Position numbers and translations under genes: made by a program. A model generated the notes under the pieces. It did no database searches, had not been told where the DNA came from, and saw nothing but the letters and a program-made list of their open reading frames with translations. Positions 56,562-64,000 of a stretch of DNA of 64,000 bases are shown here, piece after piece. Numbering within the stretch: the first letter of the stretch is position 1; every line of letters begins with the position of its first letter. Origin of the DNA: a virus; IMG/VR virus record IMGVR_UViG_3300050821_007134, positions 96,001-160,000 of that record; one strand, given 5' to 3'.

Positions 56562-58625
56562 TTAAGCTAACGGTCTTGCGAATAAAAGTGTCCATTCTAC
56601 GAATCCAGTACCGGGGGCTCCACCATCTTGGTTTGCTTCGTAAACTTGAACGGTGTAAGTATGAGTTCCAACTGGAGGAGTATCTATAAATCTGAATGCA
56701 GCAGGAGAAGATCCGCCTCTTTCAAATCCAGTGTTATTCCCGGACATAAAAGCTTGAGTAGAAATCAATGTTCCATCTCTATAAAATAAAATATTAATCT
56801 GTGGCCAAGTATTTACCGCCCCAGTGTGATAAGCTATAATTGTTCCAATATTCCCAGAACCATCGTCTTGAAGACCGACTTCGACATCTCCGCCATTACA
56901 TATTACTGTTGCACTTAATGGATTAACTCCATCAGTTATGGGAGTAGGAGAATTTGGAATTACAAAACTAGCGCCCGTAGAATTTGATTTAACAATTCTA
57001 GAAACTAAAGACGCTGGTACGGCAGAAGATGATATGCCTGCTACCATTGTGGCGACTAGTTGACATCCTATAACATTTACGCCAGAAGGAGCCGTGGGAG
57101 CACTACTGGACGAATAATATGCGAAAGCAGTATAGGTATGGGTACCAGCTGGCGGGTTATCAGTAAAGTAGAAACTAGCAGGAGAAAAACCTGTGATACC
57201 TACGCCAATATTGTTTTGCTGACCAGCTTGCTGACTGCAAATCTGCACACCATCTCTATAGATATCTATGATGCCATAAGCTACAATCCCAGAATTACGG
57301 TAAACCTGAATCATCGATCCTTCGGTCACGCCGTCTGGTTCGAATCCAATTCTGACTGCCTGTCCTTGAGTTGTGATTACACATTGTATGGGGTTGCTGC
57401 TGGGATCTGTTATTTGAGCGCCTGGAGCCGTAGTTACAGCCGTGCTGAAACCAGGACTGCCAGTTGAATTGCTCTTGACTGGTATGTTAAGTCCGAAGGT
57501 TGTGGACGGACTTGCGATCTGAACTATGTCTAAATAGTTCCCGACAGTTCCGAGATAAGTGGGAACACTTGCCGTTCCGTTCCATATACCCTGTACTGTA
57601 TCGCCGCTTTTTAGAGTGGTGCGTATGTAACAGAAAGCATCCTGAGTCTGGATAGTAGTGCCAGAACCAATTACGGTAGACTGAAAAAATGAACTAGCAG
57701 ATACCTGAACACCATTAACATAAATTCCAATGTATTGGTTGGCACTGTGACCTGGAGTCTGCGCTACGGAAGATCCCATGGCGATGATGTAATCTCCACC
57801 AGCCGGACATGTCCATGTACCCGTGGAAGGATTATATGCATTAAAGTTGTCTTGGACAACGGTGTCATATATGATTGGAGAACCAGAGCCAGGCATAGTA
57901 GAACTGAACTCTACGCGGGACTTTACTATGGGACTACCATTTGCACCAGCCATACTATTAGGACTTATAGACACGTTTGCAATATTGAAAGTCCAAGCCA
58001 AGGCATTGGTCGTAGTAATATGCCAAATAAGTCTATAATTAGTACTGTTGAAATTTGTTTGAAAATATCCGCTAAAACTTCCAGGCGTAGCAACTCCATT
58101 TACGAAATAATTAGGAGTGACCGGTATCAACACAGCGTTAGTGATGTCGTATACCCACATTTGAATATCACTGTTAGTTCCAAGCACGAAGTTAGCACTT
58201 GCTTGATATTCAAAGCTTATGTTGATAACTCCAGGAGAAAAAGCTAAATCACTAGTGAAATCGTATGATAATCCTTCACCTTGAGCGTTGGCCGCAGCTT
58301 TGGATAAAACCCCCATCGTGTGACCGACAAGAGGAGAAGTTTGGGTACTTGTAAATGTGAGATTAGTGACTGCGCCGCCGGTACCAGTCGTAGGTTGAGA
58401 CACGGCGCCGTTATTATAGAGATTATAGCCATTGGTCGAGCCAATACTTGGATTAGTATTGTAATTTATGGTTCCGCTGCCGCCGAGAGGTCCCCAGCTG
58501 CCGTTCTCAAAACCTAAGAAGCCCTGGATGGTATCAAAATAAACATCTCCATCTGCGGGATTTGTAGGTGCCGTCATCCCGTAAAAGCTAATACCTTTAC
58601 GGACTTTCCAAAAATTGTCTGCCAT
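56562..58625 (-). CDS. Tail fibre / adhesin
   Basis: Shares the N-terminal P..P..GD.Y.DT module, a C1q-like segment and KSNSTG...PP.GTH.YT modules with its neighbour. Confidence 0.8.
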   Translation of the reverse strand: MADNFWKVRKGISFYGMTAPTNPADGDVYFDTIQGFLGFENGSWGPLGGSGTINYNTNPSIGSTNGYNLYNNGAVSQPTTGTGGAVTNLTFTSTQTSPLVGHTMGVLSKAAANAQGEGLSYDFTSDLAFSPGVINISFEYQASANFVLGTNSDIQMWVYDITNAVLIPVTPNYFVNGVATPGSFSGYFQTNFNSTNYRLIWHITTTNALAWTFNIANVSISPNSMAGANGSPIVKSRVEFSSTMPGSGSPIIYDTVVQDNFNAYNPSTGTWTCPAGGDYIIAMGSSVAQTPGHSANQYIGIYVNGVQVSASSFFQSTVIGSGTTIQTQDAFCYIRTTLKSGDTVQGIWNGTASVPTYLGTVGNYLDIVQIASPSTTFGLNIPVKSNSTGSPGFSTAVTTAPGAQITDPSSNPIQCVITTQGQAVRIGFEPDGVTEGSMIQVYRNSGIVAYGIIDIYRDGVQICSQQAGQQNNIGVGITGFSPASFYFTDNPPAGTHTYTAFAYYSSSSAPTAPSGVNVIGCQLVATMVAGISSSAVPASLVSRIVKSNSTGASFVIPNSPTPITDGVNPLSATVICNGGDVEVGLQDDGSGNIGTIIAYHTGAVNTWPQINILFYRDGTLISTQAFMSGNNTGFERGGSSPAAFRFIDTPPVGTHTYTVQVYEANQDGGAPGTGFVEWTLLFARPLA

Positions 58626-58668
58626 TTTACTTTCCTTCTGTTTCCACTATCCGCAGAGGGTTGATTGT

Positions 58669-60924
58669 TTACCTTAAGAATCTATGTATGTCGATCCTCA
58701 TGGTTCTCGCACTGGTGTTAGTAGATGTATATCGTAACTCTATGTTTGAGCCGTTTACGACTGCTGTGAATGTCACGCCAATATCGGCTGTATCATTCGA
58801 AGTATCCGTTAAAGATGCACTAGATCCATCACTATTGGCTACAAGAGACAACTTACCCATTCTAACGATTGTTGGAGATGAGTTATCGGTCATGTAGTAT
58901 TCAGCCTGATAACCAGCGTATGTTGCGAATGCGAACGTTGTAGAAGCGTCCACAGCCACAGCCGAAGATTGGTTATTGGCTAAAGTGATAGAATCGACGT
59001 ATTGCTTTTCAATGTACCTTGAAGTCGAGGGACCAATTCGTTCCATGTTGACGACAACATTGGGGCTATTTGCATTGCTGTCCGTTATAAAACCACTAGG
59101 ATCACTGAATAATGCTCTATTTGGATTTAACGCAGCGAGTTTAGTCAGAGCAATTGCTGCGGAAGCTGCAATTTGGGTATTTGAAATACCGCCTGCTTTA
59201 ACTTCTAACGCGTTGCCACTAATATCGATAGTAGTACCGTCTGGATTAACTGCGATACCTGCGGCGCCAACAATAATGGCTCCGGCTGGATCTCTCTTAA
59301 CAATTAAGCTTCCAGGAGTAGAAGTTAAAGAGTTGTCTCCAGGAGTAACGTCAACATTTTGGCCAGTTTGAGTTAAGCCGTTTCTGAAAACATATGGATT
59401 GACTGATGCGAATTTTGCAAATGTAAGTGCGGTTGCGCCAATGACGATTGTTGCGGGAGCTTGTTGAACCCAGGCAGTCAAGGCATTAACTGTACCTTCA
59501 TCTACGAAGGCAGCAGCAGCCAATAATTCAGTAGGAGTATTGGCATCTAAAGAACGAGTCAAAACCCAAGGAACACTTACTGTATCCCCTTGTTGACTTA
59601 AATAATAAATACCATTGTTTGCTGGATTGGCTTCACCATTAACGATGATTCGATCATTGAGGGCAAGCGTTACGCCATCAACAGCAGCGAAGGCAGGGAA
59701 TGTTCCATCGGCAGATGTTAAAGTTGCGCCTACGCCAGATGCTCCGTTGTTATATGTATTTGTCGGGAGAGGAGAAGTGCTGATTGCACGAACATGTTGT
59801 TTCCAATCAATACCTTGTAAGTATTGTTGCATTTGGCCAAGACTAACGGCATCGGTAAGTGCAGTTGCAGGGGCTAAGTTATTTATCTGATTTCCGCCCA
59901 TATTGATAGCGCCAGACATCGTCCCGCCAGCAAGTGGCAAGAATGATGGAGCAACCCAATGGCCAGATCCAAGAGTATCCGAAGATGTCCAAAGCCATCC
60001 TGCGCTACCTTCAGAACCATCTACAAATCTAATTTTTCCTCGTACTGCACCGGCATTTCCAATTTGAAGTATTACGTTACCAGAGTTTCCACTTGTAGAA
60101 GCTCCAGAACCAAAAGTTGCGTCTCCAGTATTTCCAGTATTGGCATTTCCAGTTGCGATCTGTGCTGGTCCAGAATTTCCAGAACCGGCAGCCGATCCTG
60201 TACCTGCTAAATAATTACCTGTATTGGCGGTTGCAGTGGGATCTGTTACATTTCCGGAAGCTACGTATAGACCGCCCGTGGGAGCCGTAGCACCAACTGC
60301 CGTGTTATCTCCGCTGATTAAATAAACATAAGTTGTCGCAATTGAAGCAACTGCGGTATCAGTGCTACCTATAACAAAAACATCTGCATCTGTTCCATTT
60401 TGGGAAGAATCGATAAACAAACCAGGAGTTGGTCCGCCCCAAACGTTAACACTTTGAGCCATACTAAAGAAAAAGTTGTTGTTGAAGAAACGAACATTTC
60501 CTTGAGTTGCAGTAGCGCTACCAGGATTTAAGTTGATATTCCCTGAATTACCAGAGGAAGCATTTCCAGACGTTACGTTTACATCGCTAGAAGTTATTCC
60601 ATTGGCAGTCATCAAAGCTAATGCGCTTGCGCCAGAATTTACTTGGACTGTATTAACTGAAGACCATCGTAAAGAGGCACTGCCGATATTGCGAGTTAAA
60701 TCCGCAGATGGTAGTAAATCTTGATTGATAGACGTAGTCGTTAGGTTGCTTAGAGCAGTATTAGCTCCTGTTGCGGAAACTAAATTTGTCCATGCTCCAC
60801 CTATGTATGCACGGAATAAATTGCTGGCCGTATTATAGTAAATTTCCCCGTTAAATCCAACGCCGGGATCGGCTGCGAGATTCCCTAAAACTATCGGACT
60901 TAGGCCTAATTTATACTCGTTCAT
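58669..60924 (-). CDS. Tail fibre protein
   Basis: Gly-rich 'SG.V....G' repeats, 'LPLAGGTMSGAINMG', and a 'DWKQHVR...NGIY..LTRS.D' fibre domain. Confidence 0.8.
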   Translation of the reverse strand: MNEYKLGLSPIVLGNLAADPGVGFNGEIYYNTASNLFRAYIGGAWTNLVSATGANTALSNLTTTSINQDLLPSADLTRNIGSASLRWSSVNTVQVNSGASALALMTANGITSSDVNVTSGNASSGNSGNINLNPGSATATQGNVRFFNNNFFFSMAQSVNVWGGPTPGLFIDSSQNGTDADVFVIGSTDTAVASIATTYVYLISGDNTAVGATAPTGGLYVASGNVTDPTATANTGNYLAGTGSAAGSGNSGPAQIATGNANTGNTGDATFGSGASTSGNSGNVILQIGNAGAVRGKIRFVDGSEGSAGWLWTSSDTLGSGHWVAPSFLPLAGGTMSGAINMGGNQINNLAPATALTDAVSLGQMQQYLQGIDWKQHVRAISTSPLPTNTYNNGASGVGATLTSADGTFPAFAAVDGVTLALNDRIIVNGEANPANNGIYYLSQQGDTVSVPWVLTRSLDANTPTELLAAAAFVDEGTVNALTAWVQQAPATIVIGATALTFAKFASVNPYVFRNGLTQTGQNVDVTPGDNSLTSTPGSLIVKRDPAGAIIVGAAGIAVNPDGTTIDISGNALEVKAGGISNTQIAASAAIALTKLAALNPNRALFSDPSGFITDSNANSPNVVVNMERIGPSTSRYIEKQYVDSITLANNQSSAVAVDASTTFAFATYAGYQAEYYMTDNSSPTIVRMGKLSLVANSDGSSASLTDTSNDTADIGVTFTAVVNGSNIELRYTSTNTSARTMRIDIHRFLR

Positions 60925-60936
60925 GTTTTATTCCTT

Positions 60937-61287
60937 TTAATTCTTTATGTTTCTTACTGAATACCAAAATCGACCAGATTGACTTATATGGGAAGAAATG
61001 TATTGCACTTCCAAATTAGGCCCGCTTATAGCCGGTGACAACAATACACCTGTAAGATTCGTTCCGGTGTTGTCATTCGATAGACTAATATTGGCGCCAT
61101 TTGTGGAAACCATGATACGACCTATTTCACTCACAGTTCCCCTAATTATTGAATATTCCACGATAATATTGGGAGAGGTACCAATGGCCAAAGAGAACAA
61201 TACCGAAGGTGTCACTTGGTTATCATTGATCGTAATAGGGCCTGCAATGATCTGAGTTGGATAGTTTATGTTTGGCAATAAGGCCAT
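60937..61287 (-). CDS. Small structural protein consisting of one fibre-associated beta module
   Basis: Homologous to the C-terminal module of the 751-aa protein and to an internal module of the upstream gene. Confidence 0.65.
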   Translation of the reverse strand: MALLPNINYPTQIIAGPITINDNQVTPSVLFSLAIGTSPNIIVEYSIIRGTVSEIGRIMVSTNGANISLSNDNTGTNLTGVLLSPAISGPNLEVQYISSHISQSGRFWYSVRNIKN

Positions 61288-61288
61288 A

Positions 61289-64000
61289 TTATGCTCTCTT
61301 TATAATTTCTACAGTCAAAGGACTGGTTGTAATATCCGCTGTGAATTGAATTTGAGTACTCGAAACTTCAGTATAATAAGTTCCACCTGATGGAGGTGTT
61401 ACCGCAGAACTTACAAATCTTGAAATTCTTTGACCGTTAACGAACACGTCCAAATTACCGACGGTTGATCCGCCGTTTGATCCAACAGTGTAAGCAAACA
61501 GAAGAGTAACGTTAGTCAATCCCAAAACATTGAATGGAGATAGACAATTGTAAGGGGTGCTAGAACCATCTGACATAGTGAATGCAGAAGCTAGAACTCC
61601 TCCAGGAAGAACAGGAGAATAACTTGGCAATCCAGTAGGACCGGCTCCGCCGTCTGACCATCTCTTGATGGAGTACTTGAATGTAACGTCTCCACCAGAA
61701 TTATCGGTTACATAAGAAAGTGAAACGTTTCCACCAGACATCGAGCCTGAGAACGTCACTCCAGTTGCGGCAGTATAGGCGCCACCAGCAGAAGCTTCTG
61801 CTACGATTCCATTATTAGTGAGCCAGATGGTACCTGTTTCTTTGTTTCCACTTCTGAGGATAGAGAAATCTATAATGATGTTCTCACTTCCAAGAGCAGT
61901 TACAGAGAAAACGTTTCCAGATGTATTATTCAAAAGTGTTGAAGTAATAATGGAACTTTGTTCCCAGAAATCAACTCCGTTGAAATATCTTACAGTGTTA
62001 TTTACTAACCATGTAGAACCGTTGAATTCTGAAATCTGATTTGCAAACTCAATACCTTGAGTGATTACTAGTAAATCACCGATAGCAGGATCATAGGGAG
62101 ATGCAAATTCTGGTTGAGGAGTCCAGGATATAGATCCAGGGATAACAGTTCCAGCTAAGGCACTATCATCGACGATTACATGATAAAGAGTTCCAGAAGT
62201 TAAAGACGTAGTACCTGCGAAGTTAAAGGTGTAGGTCGTAGGCGTAGTCGTTAAAATAGCCGAGTTAACTGGAGAACTGGTCTCTAATAATGTACCTGGC
62301 TGACCGGCGCTATCTGTATAAACTTTAGCTACTAAATTTCCGCTATTTGGGGGAGATGCGGTCAAGATAGATAATTGAAACTTAGCATCGGTTAAGAATG
62401 CAGTAGATGCAGCCGTAAATGTTTGACCAAGACTTGTTGTATTTGTCGTCTCATTCTCTGTAGAATTGATGGATAAATTCTGAGCAATAATAGTCGGTGT
62501 CGATCCGCCACCAGAGAAGGGAGGGAATACGTCAAATATATCTGTAACTCCGCCGCCGCCGCTGGACCATGTCGATCCTGAATTTAAAGTCTGAACTGAA
62601 CTTGGAGGTACGGATGTTGGAGTTATAATCCAAGCCCCCCAATGAATAGAGTTACCAACACTTATGCCAGTAACATTAGTCGGATCAAGAACGATAAAAT
62701 ATACAGTACCGGATGTTAATCCAAGTGTTTGAGGAACTGAATAATTTTGGAATTCAGCCGTTAAAGTACTAGCGTCAATGAAACTATATTGACTTAGTCT
62801 TACTCCGGGTACTCCGCCACTATTGGAATAAATTGAAACTCTAAGATTTCCTTGTAATGCACCTGGAGCTGCACCTGTTCCTAATGGAAGTTTAACTGAT
62901 CCCATCGTAATATTCGAAGGAGCAGTAAAGGGTTGAGCACGCCAGTTAGAAGTAGCAGTGAGAGTTTGAAAATTCATCTGCTGACTTGGACCAGGCAATG
63001 CAACTGAGTTAGTAGCTATGCGATTCGCATTGACAGCTACGAAATAATGCTGATTAACAGGAGATCCACTATCCAGCAATGGTGTAGGGAATGTTGCGCC
63101 CGTATCAGTCGATTCAATTGCTCCAGGACTTGTTAAGGATGGAGTGTCAGAAGCGATTCTAATTTCGTATGATCCACTCACTAAAGTCAAGTGAGCTAGA
63201 CTGGTTACTAAATGATACGTAGTTCCAGAAACAAGAGTAGCACCAACAAAATTATATGGATTAAAATTACCAGGAGATGTCGGTATTAAATTGTGTGCGA
63301 TTGAACTTAAATTACTAAGCAGTGTTCCAGGTTGGCCCGAACCATTATCTGCATAAATTCCTAAAGTAATATATCCGTTGTATGTACTGCCGTTACCGAT
63401 CCAAAGATCTACTGAGGCAGAAACAACATCGCCATTGGCAGATGCAACGAAAGGTTGAGATGTTGCAAAATTGGTTCCGGTTAATGCATTAAATTGTGTA
63501 CCGTTATTGTACTGTCCAACTGATGTATCGCCCGAGCCTCTGCTACCGGCAAGAACTGTATAAATAGCAGTTGTACTTCCAATAATTGGGAATGTCGACC
63601 CGCCATCGCTTGATAGACTTAATTCTGGAGGTTGAGTCGCAGCACATGCGCCTGTACCTAAGAAGATAATTCCTGAACCTCCTAGACCAGTTACGTTTGC
63701 GAAATTCCAAAGTATCCAATATTGATTTCCAGCGACTAAAGTTGTCGTTGTAAGTTGAGTTATGATGTAATTGATTCCAACGCCTGCATTTGTTAACGTG
63801 CTTGCGTTTACGTTTACACTGTTAATTAAAGAGCCTGGAGATCCAGCACTGTCGTTGTAGATACCGACGCTAAATGTTCCACCTAAAACTCCACTAGCTC
63901 TAGACATTGTGTACATTACAGCAGCAGTTGTCTGAGTAATATTTGGACTAAACGGTTGAGCTGCAACATTACTTGTCGAAGTAATGCTGATATTATCAGT
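61289..64000 (-). CDS. Large virion/tail protein (5'-truncated) with tandem choice-of-anchor-R-like beta domains
   Basis: Frame is open to the window end; four repeats of 'Q.F.....G...V.IY.D..G.PG..L...L..G..Y'. Confidence 0.75.
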   Translation of the reverse strand, partial: TDNISITSTSNVAAQPFSPNITQTTAAVMYTMSRASGVLGGTFSVGIYNDSAGSPGSLINSVNVNASTLTNAGVGINYIITQLTTTTLVAGNQYWILWNFANVTGLGGSGIIFLGTGACAATQPPELSLSSDGGSTFPIIGSTTAIYTVLAGSRGSGDTSVGQYNNGTQFNALTGTNFATSQPFVASANGDVVSASVDLWIGNGSTYNGYITLGIYADNGSGQPGTLLSNLSSIAHNLIPTSPGNFNPYNFVGATLVSGTTYHLVTSLAHLTLVSGSYEIRIASDTPSLTSPGAIESTDTGATFPTPLLDSGSPVNQHYFVAVNANRIATNSVALPGPSQQMNFQTLTATSNWRAQPFTAPSNITMGSVKLPLGTGAAPGALQGNLRVSIYSNSGGVPGVRLSQYSFIDASTLTAEFQNYSVPQTLGLTSGTVYFIVLDPTNVTGISVGNSIHWGAWIITPTSVPPSSVQTLNSGSTWSSGGGGVTDIFDVFPPFSGGGSTPTIIAQNLSINSTENETTNTTSLGQTFTAASTAFLTDAKFQLSILTASPPNSGNLVAKVYTDSAGQPGTLLETSSPVNSAILTTTPTTYTFNFAGTTSLTSGTLYHVIVDDSALAGTVIPGSISWTPQPEFASPYDPAIGDLLVITQGIEFANQISEFNGSTWLVNNTVRYFNGVDFWEQSSIITSTLLNNTSGNVFSVTALGSENIIIDFSILRSGNKETGTIWLTNNGIVAEASAGGAYTAATGVTFSGSMSGGNVSLSYVTDNSGGDVTFKYSIKRWSDGGAGPTGLPSYSPVLPGGVLASAFTMSDGSSTPYNCLSPFNVLGLTNVTLLFAYTVGSNGGSTVGNLDVFVNGQRISRFVSSAVTPPSGGTYYTEVSSTQIQFTADITTSPLTVEIIKRA

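Noticed and set aside
52719-64000. Diversity-generating retroelement or invertible tail-fibre cassette
   Set aside because: No reverse transcriptase or invertase in the window; repeats are diverged in-frame protein modules, not adenine-specific TR/VR pairs.
1-64000. Stop-codon reassignment, as in some large phages
   Set aside because: Conserved genes are full length in the standard code, and TAA, TAG and TGA all terminate well-packed genes.
1-64000. CRISPR array or integrase/att site
   Set aside because: No regularly spaced repeat-spacer pattern or recombinase motifs were seen.

Overview
A 64-kb segment of a large, apparently lytic dsDNA tailed phage using the standard genetic code, with dense and often overlapping genes. 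No integrase, CRISPR array or reverse transcriptase is visible. (1) 1-5.1 kb: ATP-dependent DNA ligase, an M15-type endolysin, small membrane proteins and three structured RNAs: a manA-motif-like RNA, a non-canonical tRNA-Met(CAU) and, directly behind it, a ~640-nt end-paired large ornate RNA (ROOL/GOLLD-class candidate). (2) 5.1-13.7 kb, minus strand: GroEL-like chaperonin, large terminase, portal and head-morphogenesis genes. (3) 13.8-52.6 kb, plus strand: replication, recombination and transcription genes (SF2 helicase, sigma70-like factor ending before region 4.2, SbcCD, RuvC, RNase H, DEDD exonuclease, DnaE, SSB, RecA, DnaB-like helicase, AEP primase), plus two ClpP-family proteases (one exported), an exported subtilase, a CYTH enzyme and an alliinase/TAA1-like PLP enzyme. 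(4) 52.7-64 kb, minus strand: modular tail-fibre or adhesin genes. The best candidates for undescribed biology are the tRNA-like RNA/giant RNA/small membrane protein unit, an apparently split sigma factor, and duplicated membrane peptides resembling the anchor of host SPOR/FtsN-type division proteins. All family assignments come from motif recognition by eye; no searches were run.
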